Source of the DNA: Candidatus Dojkabacteria bacterium
Lineage (GTDB): Bacteria; Patescibacteriota; Dojkabacteria; J137
Assembly: GCA_030834985.1 (NCBI GenBank)
Contig: JAUQWV010000001.1
Location: 192,680-256,679, forward strand
Direction of reading: 5' to 3'
Length of the DNA stretch: 64,000 bases
Shown here: positions 19,429 through 29,279 of the stretch, piece after piece
Layout of the letters: each line of letters begins with the position of its first letter
Numbering within the stretch: position 1 is the stretch's first letter
Notes under the pieces: generated by a model
The model's input: only the letters and a program-made list of their open reading frames with translations
What the model was told of the DNA's origin: nothing
Database searches by the model: none
Program-made: the position numbers and the translations under genes

Positions 19429-20748
19429 ATGACAATTACCAAGTTTGATTTTCTTGTTATCTTTGGGGCTACAGGAGATTTGGTTGAAAGAAAAGTTATT
19501 CCATCGCTCTATCATTTATTTACTTCAGGTAAGATTAATTCCAAGGATTTTAGAGTTTTTGCATTTGCAAGAAGAGATTTTACTAATGGTAAATATGATC
19601 AGATTATTGATAATTCATTAAAAGCCCATTTTAAAAATCCAGATTTCAAGACTGAAGCAGATTTTTATTCAATCTTTGAATATGTTCAAGGAGATTTAAA
19701 TAATCGAGATAGTTTTGTTGACCTAAACAAAAAGATTCTAAAATTAGAAGATGAACTAAAAATCTGCGCTAATAAGCTTTTTTACCTTGCTATTCCTCCT
19801 ATACTTTATAACGATGTAATCACCCATATTCATAAAACTCAATTCGATACAATGTGTAAAGGAGCCGAAGTTAAAGTAATGATTGAAAAACCTTTCGGCA
19901 AAAACTTGGAAACATTTTTAGAATCAGATAACGTACTAAAACAAGTTTTTGCCGAAAAACAGATTTACCGAATTGACCACTATCTAGGTAAGCAAATAAT
20001 TAGAGATATAGCAAAAGTTAAAGACAAGTTTGCAGATAGGTGGAATACAGAAAATATCGATAGAATTTTTATAAGCACAACAGAAACTTTAGGTGTTGAA
20101 GAGCGTGGTGAGTACTTTGATTCAGTTGGAGCCTTACGAGATGTGGGTCAGAATCATTTATTAGAAGTAATTGCACTAATTGCATCAGAAGAAGAATCTT
20201 CGACAGGAAGAGCTAGTGTATTAAATAAATTAGTAAAATACACTTTAAACGATATGCCTAAGTATACTTTTAGAGCTCAATATAAAGGCTATAAGAATAT
20301 TGATAAAGTTGACCCTAACTCAACTTCAGAAACATACTTTAAAGTAGCAGCCTTTATTGATGATCCTAAATGGAAATATACTAAATTTATTATTGAATCA
20401 GGCAAAAGAACTGGACAGGAAAGAAGCTTCATTGAGATTGATTTTAAGAATAAGGAAAAGCTATTTATAAACTTTAGCCGTGAAAATCCATTTATAAGAT
20501 TGTTTAACGGCAACAGTTACACTGAGATTACAACATCAGGTAAAACTAACGAACAATATGTTCTTGAATACTCGACAATGATTGAAGAAGCATTAATGGG
20601 AAAACAAGACTATTTTATAGATCAAGAGGAAGTTAAAGCTCAGTGGAATTTTATTGATCCTATTATAAATGCATGGCAGAATAATGCAGTACCATTATTT
20701 ACCTATATGCCAGATGATATATCCGTTTTATCTATTGCCAATATATGA
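19429..20748 (+). CDS. zwf: Glucose-6-phosphate 1-dehydrogenase
   Basis: FGATGDL, EKPFG and RIDHYLGK signatures. Confidence 0.9.
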   Translation: MTITKFDFLVIFGATGDLVERKVIPSLYHLFTSGKINSKDFRVFAFARRDFTNGKYDQIIDNSLKAHFKNPDFKTEADFYSIFEYVQGDLNNRDSFVDLNKKILKLEDELKICANKLFYLAIPPILYNDVITHIHKTQFDTMCKGAEVKVMIEKPFGKNLETFLESDNVLKQVFAEKQIYRIDHYLGKQIIRDIAKVKDKFADRWNTENIDRIFISTTETLGVEERGEYFDSVGALRDVGQNHLLEVIALIASEEESSTGRASVLNKLVKYTLNDMPKYTFRAQYKGYKNIDKVDPNSTSETYFKVAAFIDDPKWKYTKFIIESGKRTGQERSFIEIDFKNKEKLFINFSRENPFIRLFNGNSYTEITTSGKTNEQYVLEYSTMIEEALMGKQDYFIDQEEVKAQWNFIDPIINAWQNNAVPLFTYMPDDISVLSIANI

Positions 20749-21446
20749 GACCAATCAACCTTTCAGTAAAAATACTTTTAGAAAGTAATAACCCAGAAGA
20801 AACAGAAGAAATTTTAAACCTTTTAGGTTTTCTCGATGGGCAGATTATTAGTCAATTAACATCTCCTGAAGGCAGTGATTTAGTGGAAGATATTGCGGCA
20901 GTAATACCTCAATCAATAATAATACTTCCAGATGAGTCCCCAAGCGAAACACCAAACACTTATATAACTATTCCAATAAGCAGAAAAGGATTGAGAACTG
21001 CAAATACACTTGCTAAAGCAGGAGTATATATCAATTTAACAAACTGCTTAACATTAGAGCAAGCAGCTGCAGTCTACTCTGCAACAAGAGACGCTGAAAG
21101 TAATATTTTAATTTCCGGCTTTAGCGACACAGACCTACTAATTAATACTCAAAGACTATACGCTCATTCAGATAAACATGTGCAGATTCTTAATTCAAAT
21201 ATTACAGAATATTATGATTTCTTATATTCGCTATACCTAAGGCCTGATTATGTTTCGGCATCTTTTGAAGTATTGAAGAAATGGACAGAAAATAAATTAA
21301 TAGTACCGCAGGAAATTAATGAACTGATCTTTAACGATAAAACTGAACATTTTAAAGGTATTCACAATGCTTCAACAACAGGTATAACTTACAAAGAGTT
21401 CGACCTGAGTCTGGAATGGACAGAATTCAATGTGGATATAGTATAA
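20745..21446 (+). CDS. Transaldolase/FSA-fold protein with substituted catalytic residues (possible pseudoenzyme)
   Basis: ITIPISRKGLRTANTLAKAGVYINLTNCLTLEQAAAVYSA aligns with the FSA/Tal [40 protein letters not shown] segment. The Schiff-base Lys position is Thr, and N-terminal LDTxN/TNP is replaced by LESNN/TSP. ATGA overlap with zwf. Confidence 0.6.
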   Translation: MRPINLSVKILLESNNPEETEEILNLLGFLDGQIISQLTSPEGSDLVEDIAAVIPQSIIILPDESPSETPNTYITIPISRKGLRTANTLAKAGVYINLTNCLTLEQAAAVYSATRDAESNILISGFSDTDLLINTQRLYAHSDKHVQILNSNITEYYDFLYSLYLRPDYVSASFEVLKKWTENKLIVPQEINELIFNDKTEHFKGIHNASTTGITYKEFDLSLEWTEFNVDIV

Positions 21447-21469
21447 TTTGCGGTAGTTAATTAACCTAA

Positions 21470-23161
21470 ATGAACTCACAAAAAATCCTTGTGTGCGCTG
21501 CTTGGCCATACGTAAATGGAGACATCCATATTGGACATTTAGCAGGATATTTTATTCCGGCCGATATTTTTACGCGCTTTTGCAGACTCAAAGGTATTGA
21601 TACAGTTTTTGTATCAGGTTCAGACTGCCATGGAACTCCTATTACAGTGGAAGCTGATAAACGAGGAATCACAGCAAAGGAACTTGTTAGCGAATATATT
21701 CCAAAAGTACACGAGATTATTGAGCAGTATGGTATTGATTACTCACTTTTCACATCTACTATTACTGATAATCACAAAAAAGTAACTCAAGAGGTTTTCC
21801 TGAATTTGTTTAAAAACGGATACATTATAAAAAAGAAAAGCCAGCAATATTATTCCGAAAGTGATAATAAATTTTTACCAGATAGATACGTAGAGGGAGA
21901 ATGCCCTTTCTGTCATGCTAAAGGGCAGCGAGCCGATCAGTGCGAAGTTTGCGGGAGGACTATTGGTCTCGGCGAGCTTATAGAGCCGTATTCAAAACTA
22001 ACGAAAGCGCCTGTAACATTAAAAGAAACAGAGCACTACTTTGTAGATTTCCCAAAGCTTGAAAACTCAATTAAAGAGTATGTGTTAAATCACGAAAATG
22101 CTTGGAAAGATTGGGTATTTAAAGAAACTATTGGCTTTATTAACGAAGGCCTACAAGAAAGAGCTATAACCCGTGATCTAGACTGGGGAGTTGAAATACC
22201 TGTTGATGAACTACCTGAAAATCAAAGAATTGAATTTGCTGGTAGTAAAAGGTTTTATGTATGGTTTGATGCAGTTATTGGTTATTTATCAGCTACGATT
22301 GAATATTGTAACTCTAAAAATCTAGACTACAAAGATTATTGGAACAACAAAGACTGCTTGCATTACTATTTTATGGGGCAAGATAATCTGACATTTCATA
22401 CAATCTTTTGGCCTGGCCAATTAATTGGTCAAAATTTATACTATAATTTACCCTACTTTCCAAGTATAGTTAAATTTTTAAATGCTAACGGCCAAAAATT
22501 ATCAAAAAGCCGAGGAAATATTATTGATGCCAAACAAGTTGCTAATCACTTTGGTGCAGATGCAATTAGATTCTACATAACCTCTATTTTACCCGAGAAT
22601 AAGGAAGGTAACTGGGATTGGACTGATTTTAAAAACACAATAAATGCTGAATTAGTTGGTAACATTGGTAATTTTGTCCATAGAGTTCTAACTTTCTACA
22701 AAAATAAGCTAAGTGCCGAAAAATTCGAAGCTGAGCTTGACTCTGCAGTTGAAACTAAGATTAACGAGACTTTTACTGTGGTTTCTGATTTATTAGAAAA
22801 AAATCAGTTTGTAGCAGCTTTAAACGAAGTTAAAAAATTCTCTACTTATGGTAACCAATATTTTGACTACAATAAGCCTTGGGAAAAATTAAAACTAGCA
22901 CCACAAGAAGCTAATAAGATAATTTTTAACTGCTTACAGATTGTAAATTCGTTAAGAATACTGTTTTATCCATTTATACCAGAAGCTAGCCATAGATTAA
23001 GCAATACGTTAGGTCTAACAAACTTAAATCCCACACCGGGTACTAATCAGTTTCAGTTTACTTCTTTGCCTCTTACAGATATCAACCTAGTTGAAAATCT
23101 AGTGCCACTTTTTAAGAAGCTTGAGGAAACAGATGTAGAAGCTTTTACAGCATCTGTGTAA
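21470..23161 (+). CDS. metG: Methionyl-tRNA synthetase
   Basis: HIGH (DIHIGH), KMSKS (KLSKS) and zinc knuckle CPFC..CEVC. Confidence 0.95.
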   Translation: MNSQKILVCAAWPYVNGDIHIGHLAGYFIPADIFTRFCRLKGIDTVFVSGSDCHGTPITVEADKRGITAKELVSEYIPKVHEIIEQYGIDYSLFTSTITDNHKKVTQEVFLNLFKNGYIIKKKSQQYYSESDNKFLPDRYVEGECPFCHAKGQRADQCEVCGRTIGLGELIEPYSKLTKAPVTLKETEHYFVDFPKLENSIKEYVLNHENAWKDWVFKETIGFINEGLQERAITRDLDWGVEIPVDELPENQRIEFAGSKRFYVWFDAVIGYLSATIEYCNSKNLDYKDYWNNKDCLHYYFMGQDNLTFHTIFWPGQLIGQNLYYNLPYFPSIVKFLNANGQKLSKSRGNIIDAKQVANHFGADAIRFYITSILPENKEGNWDWTDFKNTINAELVGNIGNFVHRVLTFYKNKLSAEKFEAELDSAVETKINETFTVVSDLLEKNQFVAALNEVKKFSTYGNQYFDYNKPWEKLKLAPQEANKIIFNCLQIVNSLRILFYPFIPEASHRLSNTLGLTNLNPTPGTNQFQFTSLPLTDINLVENLVPLFKKLEETDVEAFTASV

Positions 23162-23232
23162 CTGTGCTTACCAAATTTGCCATTGCTATCACCTAAGTAA
23201 ATTATTAAGATAGGTTAGGTGAATATTTTTCT

Positions 23233-24573
23233 ATGAATTTGTGGGTTCAAAAAGCTCTTATAAACGACGTAAACCTTAAATTCTTCGGTATAGATTTGCA
23301 TAAGCTATATGCTTCATCCGGAAAACTCATTGCAAATAAGCTTTCTGAAATGTATGGATTAAATAAATCTTATGTTTTTGTATGTGGGCTTGGTGGTAAT
23401 GCTTCAGATGGACTTTCTACTGCTATAAATTTAATTGAATTAGGTGCTAAAAGTATAGATGTATATATTATCGGCAGAGTTAATTATTCAGGCTCAACTA
23501 TATTTAAAGCGCTGTATAACCAACTTGATAAACTAAAAACAGATAATAAGAATCTTATTATTAAACAAGACTGCTACGCTGAAGATATAGTACAAAAGGA
23601 TATAGTAGTTGAATCTTTAGTAGGTACTGGCTTAGAAGGCTCTAAGTTAAATAAGCGTTTTCATGACTGCGTAAATAGAATCTCACATTTTAAATCAAAA
23701 ATGGTTGCTATTGATATACCAGCTCCTTCTTATACACCAGACGATGTAATTTCACTTAATTATCCAAAAACTGATACATCAATTGTTATAGACATCCCAG
23801 AAAGTAAAGATGCTTCACTATTGTGTGGTCCGGGTGAAGTAAAATTCTTGTTTAACTCAAAAGAAAGAACACATAAGCTTAAGAACGGCAAGATATTGTA
23901 TATAAGCTCAACTACAAACAAAGATGAATTTGAGCATATTGCTATGGCTGCTAAAAACTACTCATGTGATTTATACATTTATAACTTTAATACAGAACTT
24001 AAGGAGCTAAAAGGCTTCAACTTTATTAATGATTTAGAGTTAGAGAAATACTATAACGAGGCAGATACTATTATAATTGGTTCCATAGATGAACAATCAG
24101 CAATCAATATTAATCTTATACGATATATAGTTAAGCTAAATAAGGACAAAAAATACGTACTAACATGGAATATTTTATCGTTACTAAATACATTTAAAGA
24201 TTTAGAATTTTCAAAAGAAAGTATATTGCTATTAAATAGATCGACCGTTGATTCAATATTGAAGGAATATGGAGTTAGTGAGCGAAGTTTAAGCCAGGTA
24301 ATTCAATCAAATATATTCTTTTCCGGCTTTCAAAATACAATGTACTCTAAAGATGGAGAATATAAAGTGAATATCAATCCAAAATTATTTAATCAGAATT
24401 CAACACAAGCGTTAGCCAATATAGCGGCTTGTATTTTAACTAAAAATGATCCTTGGCTAACGCTTAAAGCCTCTGTATTTTTATTTGAAGTTGCTCAAAA
24501 ACTATCAACAGAGAACAAAAAAAATATTGAGGAAAATCTAAAAGAAGCTATAAATTTGTGTAAAGACTATTAG
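23233..24573 (+). CDS. YjeF-N-like (NAD(P)HX epimerase-like) domain protein with an uncharacterized roughly 250-aa C-terminal region
   Basis: YVFVCGLGGNASDGLSTAINLIELG matches YjeF-N VLVLCGPGNNGGDGL. No recognisable YjeF-C motif. Confidence 0.45.
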   Translation: MNLWVQKALINDVNLKFFGIDLHKLYASSGKLIANKLSEMYGLNKSYVFVCGLGGNASDGLSTAINLIELGAKSIDVYIIGRVNYSGSTIFKALYNQLDKLKTDNKNLIIKQDCYAEDIVQKDIVVESLVGTGLEGSKLNKRFHDCVNRISHFKSKMVAIDIPAPSYTPDDVISLNYPKTDTSIVIDIPESKDASLLCGPGEVKFLFNSKERTHKLKNGKILYISSTTNKDEFEHIAMAAKNYSCDLYIYNFNTELKELKGFNFINDLELEKYYNEADTIIIGSIDEQSAININLIRYIVKLNKDKKYVLTWNILSLLNTFKDLEFSKESILLLNRSTVDSILKEYGVSERSLSQVIQSNIFFSGFQNTMYSKDGEYKVNINPKLFNQNSTQALANIAACILTKNDPWLTLKASVFLFEVAQKLSTENKKNIEENLKEAINLCKDY

Positions 24574-25624
24574 ACTCGCTATTAGGATTCAGCAAAACTT
24601 CCATTTCTTTAATAAAATCAGCAACTGCTTGGCTGATTGGTTTATCAGTAATTCCACCTCCTGCATTTCTATGACCATTTGCAACAAAGCCTACTTTTCT
24701 TAAAATCGGCATAAGCTCTAATTTAGATAGCGCACTGCACCTCCATACAACTCTAGTCTTGCCATCATCCTTACCTTCCTTAAAGATAAGCCCATATGGA
24801 TAATCCTCAACCATATGCATAAAGATTTTTTGATAGTATTTAAGTAGATCTTTATTTTCCCAATCTTTGCCAAATCTTTCTGTAAGCTGTTCACGCGAAT
24901 GTTGATCAATACTTAGTATGGTACAGCCGGCTACTTCGTAATATACAGTGTGTTCAATTGCCCATACTGTAAAGTTCATCATCTCTTTTGGTACGCTAAA
25001 CTCTACTGCTTTATAATGATCAACTCCCAAATCTAAAAGCATTTGAGCGTAAGCAAATGTATCTTTATAAACTTCAAAGTTAAATATACCGGTATCACTG
25101 CTTAAAGACATATATAGCCAAGTTGCAACTTCCAGATTAAGCTTTAGGCCCGAAGGTTTAACAAAGTAATCATAAACAATTTTACTTGTGCACGAATCTT
25201 TAATCCTAATTGTATTTTCTGGAATATATTCACCTATAGGACCGGCTTCGTGATGATCAATACTGTATAGATTTTCTTTTTTTATTAAAGGCAAATATTG
25301 CTCGTATTTGGATGTGAAAAATTGACGCAAAGCGTTTCCATCTTCTAAGATAACTAAATCGTAATTACTAAAGTCTACTTTATCAGGGTGTTTTTGCTGA
25401 ATGTTATCCTCAAATCCAGGAAAAGACTTTGCACTGTCTAAAACATTCGCAAATATATAAATGTTACTTTCTTTGTTATATTTTTCTTTTATATACCATT
25501 TTAAAGTTAATGCAGTAGCTAGTGAATCATGATCTACCGGTGTTGAGGCAATAATTAATATATTATTAGCGCTTTCAATTTTTGAATTTAATGCATCTAC
25601 TTTAGGTTGAAGATTCTCTTCCAT
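24548..25624 (-). CDS. nrnA: DHH/DHHA1 phosphoesterase (NrnA-like oligoribonuclease/pAp phosphatase)
   Basis: DHD..., IDHHEAG and DHHA1 GHRNAGGG motifs. Confidence 0.75.
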   Translation of the reverse strand: MEENLQPKVDALNSKIESANNILIIASTPVDHDSLATALTLKWYIKEKYNKESNIYIFANVLDSAKSFPGFEDNIQQKHPDKVDFSNYDLVILEDGNALRQFFTSKYEQYLPLIKKENLYSIDHHEAGPIGEYIPENTIRIKDSCTSKIVYDYFVKPSGLKLNLEVATWLYMSLSSDTGIFNFEVYKDTFAYAQMLLDLGVDHYKAVEFSVPKEMMNFTVWAIEHTVYYEVAGCTILSIDQHSREQLTERFGKDWENKDLLKYYQKIFMHMVEDYPYGLIFKEGKDDGKTRVVWRCSALSKLELMPILRKVGFVANGHRNAGGGITDKPISQAVADFIKEMEVLLNPNSESNSLYTNL

Positions 25625-26167
25625 TTAATCTACTGTAATGATTCGTTCTTTGCTGTATGAGTTTCCGTCAAAGAAAACTGTAGCTTTAATTGTATTAGTG
25701 CCTGGCTGTAATGTTTTAACTAAACTGCTTGGGCTAGTATAAGATTTACTTAGTTCAACATCAGTTGTAGAAGTACTTCCATTTGTTATTGTCCAATATA
25801 TATTAAATTTATTTAAATCATTAGCTCCCCAAGGAATTCCAGATAATATTGGAATTAATGTTAATCTGTATTCTCTTAGTGCCCCACCAGTCGGCTCTGC
25901 ATTTATACTTAAAATAACCTCCACATCAGCAGCTGTTTGTTCTACCTGTACAGGTTGAGTTGAAGAATAATAGACTAAACCTAATGTTCCAACAGTAAAA
26001 AAGCTTAAAACCATAATATATAAAGGCTTACCTAAAAAGCCGTATCTAGGCCTTTGCATATTCTTAATCTTTTGTTGCTGCGATATTACTACAACTACTA
26101 ATAGAACTATTACTACTATTAGTACAACAGCAATTAATGTTACGTAGCTACTTAATTCTTTTTCCAT
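25625..26167 (-). CDS. Hypothetical membrane-anchored protein
   Basis: N-terminal hydrophobic helix, then an extracytoplasmic domain. Stop/start abutting nrnA. Confidence 0.5.
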   Translation of the reverse strand: MEKELSSYVTLIAVVLIVVIVLLVVVVISQQQKIKNMQRPRYGFLGKPLYIMVLSFFTVGTLGLVYYSSTQPVQVEQTAADVEVILSINAEPTGGALREYRLTLIPILSGIPWGANDLNKFNIYWTITNGSTSTTDVELSKSYTSPSSLVKTLQPGTNTIKATVFFDGNSYSKERIITVD

Positions 26168-26238
26168 TAATTCCAGTATAACGTAAATTTGACAGAAAAT
26201 TAATGATAGAATTATTAGTTATTTCTTACTTTTAAGGT

Positions 26239-26964
26239 ATGTCAGTTAAAGATTTTGATATTCAACATTTTCATACAGATAAAATCGGCTATCTAGAATA
26301 TTATGATAAAGTTTTTTCTCCTATAAAAAACAACGTCAAAAAGATGCTGGAATTGGGGATTTACCATGGAGGTTCTTTACAAATGTGGGAGAAATTTTTT
26401 ACTAAAGCAGATATTATTGGTGTTGATATCGAAAAAATTGATGTCCCAAACAGTGGACGAGTAAAAATTTATCAAGGGGATCAAAAAGATACTTCATTAC
26501 TTAACAAGATTACTGGAGATTGCGCTCCAGAAGGCTTTGATATTATCATTGACGATGCTTCACATTTTGGAAAAGAAACATTCATAAGTTTTATTTATTT
26601 GTTCAAAAATTCGCTTAAATCAAAAGGCGTGTATGTTATAGAAGACTGGGGTACAGGCTACTGGCCTCATTTTCCAGATGGAAGGAATATTACCCTAGAT
26701 AAGCACCATGTGTCTTATCATTTACACACCGATACTGATTATGATTTTAAACAAAAAGGATTGGTTTCTAAAGGTCCATTTTTAAATAATAGAAGGTTCC
26801 AAAGCCATGATTATGGAATGGTTGGACTTATAAAGCAGATTATAGATGAATTAGCTATAGAACAAGCTACTTTACCGCAATATACAAATAAAGAATCTAC
26901 TTATAAGACATTCATAGAAAATATCTTAATCACTCCGGGGCAGTGTTTTATATTTAAAAAGTAG
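26239..26964 (+). CDS. Class I SAM-dependent methyltransferase (TylF/CmcI-like O-methyltransferase family)
   Basis: LELGIYHGGSLQMW..IIGVDI...IIIDDASH pattern typical of the Methyltransf_24-like family. Confidence 0.55.
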   Translation: MSVKDFDIQHFHTDKIGYLEYYDKVFSPIKNNVKKMLELGIYHGGSLQMWEKFFTKADIIGVDIEKIDVPNSGRVKIYQGDQKDTSLLNKITGDCAPEGFDIIIDDASHFGKETFISFIYLFKNSLKSKGVYVIEDWGTGYWPHFPDGRNITLDKHHVSYHLHTDTDYDFKQKGLVSKGPFLNNRRFQSHDYGMVGLIKQIIDELAIEQATLPQYTNKESTYKTFIENILITPGQCFIFKK

Positions 26965-26973
26965 AAAGTTAAA

Positions 26974-27046
26974 TGGAGCCTACGAGGATTGAACTCGTGA
27001 CCTCACGAATGCCATTCGTGCGCTCTACCAGCTAAGCTAAGGCCCC
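26974..27046 (-). tRNA. tRNA-Ala (anticodon GGC), CCA not encoded
   Basis: Minus-strand sequence GGGGCCTTAGCTTAGCTGGTAGAGCGCACGAATGGCATTCGTGAGGTCACGAGTTCAATCCTCGTAGGCTCCA folds as a cloverleaf with a G3:U70 pair, A73, T-loop TTCAATC and D-loop GG. Confidence 0.85.
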
Positions 27047-27067
27047 TTAAGTATTTTACAGGAAAGT

Positions 27068-27748
27068 TTAATTGCTCCTTAGGCTTCTTACAAACTCTTC
27101 AAATGCAGCTACTTGTCTTGCATTAAGTTCAGTGTCAGTAATATCCAAAGCGCCACTACCTACACATATTGTATCCTGAAGACAACCAAACATTTGGCTT
27201 ACTAAAGTTGTGTCAGTCTGTATTTCTCCTGCTTCGTTAACTATTTCTAAAATACTATAAGCTAAATACATATCTCCAGAAGGCGTACTGAAAAGTTTTG
27301 CACTATCCTTACTTCTATTAAAGCCATCAATAGCTATCGGCTCTGCTGGTGTACTAATATAATAAGTAGTTTCACCATCTGTTACAAAATTAATTATGCA
27401 CACCCTACCACCTGCACCTCTACATTCAATACCAGATACTTTATTAGCTTGTACAATAGAATTTACTAAGAATGATTCATCAAAGGTAACTTTCTTGTTA
27501 GCAATTACAATCTCTTTTTGATTTTTAACCTCTAAAACTGTTAGATTTTCATTCTCTAATGATGTTATTTCTTCTTGGGTTAACTCATCTTGACCCAGCT
27601 GGGAATTATCTCTTGTTGTTATGATTACGATTATACCAAGGATGATCAGGCCTACAACTGCAAGTGGAATTATATACTTCGAATAATTTTCTATATGATT
27701 TTTCATACAAACTAAGTATATGGAATTTAAAAAATTATGTAAATACAA
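27068..27748 (-). CDS. Hypothetical membrane-anchored Cys-containing protein (start probably at the internal Met, about 27706)
   Basis: ORF with an N-terminal transmembrane helix. Confidence 0.45.
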   Translation of the reverse strand: MYLHNFLNSIYLVCMKNHIENYSKYIIPLAVVGLIILGIIVIITTRDNSQLGQDELTQEEITSLENENLTVLEVKNQKEIVIANKKVTFDESFLVNSIVQANKVSGIECRGAGGRVCIINFVTDGETTYYISTPAEPIAIDGFNRSKDSAKLFSTPSGDMYLAYSILEIVNEAGEIQTDTTLVSQMFGCLQDTICVGSGALDITDTELNARQVAAFEEFVRSLRSN

Positions 27749-28289
27749 GGATGGTGATATACTTAATTTTATGGAGAAGATGGAAATTTTAACGGCTAAT
27801 CCCTCTGATTTTGAAGCAATAAAAGCTCTTATGCTTGAAGCATTGCAAAACGATCCTACTGCTTTTAGCGTTGATTTTGATAATTATTCTAAAAACTCGA
27901 ATGAGTGGTGGAAAAATTACCTATTTGGCTATATCCACGGCTATAACGCTACTATGTTACTGACTCGAACAGGTAATGAAATAGCCGGTATGATTGGTAT
28001 TTTATTTGATTCTAATAGACGACGCAGTCATGTTGCTTCAATTGTATGGTTTTATGTTAAAAGCGGCTATAGACATAATGGTATTGGAAAAAAGATATTT
28101 GAAGAAGCAATGCGGGTGATTAAAGGGAAGCCAGAGATAAGAAAAATTACGCTTTTAGTTAATCACCCGCAGGAGCACGCCATTAAAATATATAAAGACT
28201 TCGGATTTAAGATCGCAGGTACATTAAAAAATGAATTAATTATTAATAATGAGCCTGTTAGTGAGTATATATTAGAGTGCTTTGTATGA
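27720..28289 (+). CDS. GNAT-family N-acetyltransferase (start probably at an internal Met, about 27771-27780)
   Basis: Motif A RHNGIGKKIFEEAM and overall GNAT layout. Confidence 0.7.
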   Translation: MEFKKLCKYKDGDILNFMEKMEILTANPSDFEAIKALMLEALQNDPTAFSVDFDNYSKNSNEWWKNYLFGYIHGYNATMLLTRTGNEIAGMIGILFDSNRRRSHVASIVWFYVKSGYRHNGIGKKIFEEAMRVIKGKPEIRKITLLVNHPQEHAIKIYKDFGFKIAGTLKNELIINNEPVSEYILECFV

Positions 28290-29218
28290 ATCCATCGATT
28301 GGTGAACGTTTAAAGTCAAAAAGATTAGAGCTTAAACTTACAGTTGAAAAAGTATCTAATGAATTAAAAATTCGTCCTGAATTTATTAAAGCCTTAGAAG
28401 CAGATGACTATACAATTTTTGCTTCTGACGTATATGCAAAAGGCTTTATAAAAAATTATGCTAAATTTCTAGGATTAAACTCTGAAAACTTTACTGCTGT
28501 TTATAGGCGAGATATTGAAAGTACTAGACTGCAAACAAAGAAAAGTAAAGATACACCCTTAGATAGTAGATCTAAAAGAACATTTGCTTTTAATAGAAAA
28601 AGCATTAGATATTTTCTGTTTATTATTCTATTAACATTTGTAACCTTTGGATTATTAAAGTTATTAAATAAAACGTTTGAACCACCATATATTGAGCTAT
28701 TAACACCAACGAATATCTATGCGAACAGTTCTACTGCTATGGATTATTACGACAAAACTGTTCGCATCACAGGTAGGGTTAATCCAAATACAGCTGTTAA
28801 AGTGAATAGCATTACAGTTGGTACAAAACCAGATAATACATTCGAAAGCGATTTATTCCCTGTAACATTAGAAAAAAACACCTTCCTAGTTGAGGCTATA
28901 AGTTCAGTTGGGGTAGTTAGCCGAATTGAATTAATTCTAAATAAGAAAAATAATATTCTTGAAGAAGCAAAAGGTATTTATGGAATTATTCAAATAGTAA
29001 ATGATTCTGCCAATATAAAAGTAATTACAGATAATACAGAACAAGCTAATGCCTTGTTTTTTGTAAATGATTCTATTCCTGTCATAGCTAAGTCTAGTAT
29101 ACAAATTGAAACCGACCAGCCTGACAATATTAAAATATTTATAAACGAAAAAGAATATAAAGTTCTGGATGAACCTTTAAAGTTAAGATTAGAAAATGAC
29201 TTACTTATCGAGGACTGA
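28277..29218 (+). CDS. RodZ-like cytoskeleton protein (XRE-type HTH, single transmembrane helix, extracytoplasmic domain)
   Basis: IGERLKSKRLELKLTVEKVSNELKIRPEFIKALEADDY matches the RodZ N-terminal HTH. A transmembrane segment follows the basic linker. Confidence 0.6.
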   Translation: MLCMNPSIGERLKSKRLELKLTVEKVSNELKIRPEFIKALEADDYTIFASDVYAKGFIKNYAKFLGLNSENFTAVYRRDIESTRLQTKKSKDTPLDSRSKRTFAFNRKSIRYFLFIILLTFVTFGLLKLLNKTFEPPYIELLTPTNIYANSSTAMDYYDKTVRITGRVNPNTAVKVNSITVGTKPDNTFESDLFPVTLEKNTFLVEAISSVGVVSRIELILNKKNNILEEAKGIYGIIQIVNDSANIKVITDNTEQANALFFVNDSIPVIAKSSIQIETDQPDNIKIFINEKEYKVLDEPLKLRLENDLLIED

Positions 29219-29279
29219 TTTTAAAAATTGAGTTATACTAAAATAATTCACCGATAATTTGATTTAAATAATCGCCTAG

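Noticed and set aside
20289-24909. Antisense ORFs 20289-20513, 21466-21672, 21597-21785 and 24718-24909
   Set aside because: They overlap zwf, metG and nrnA in the opposite or an alternate frame. There is no independent support.
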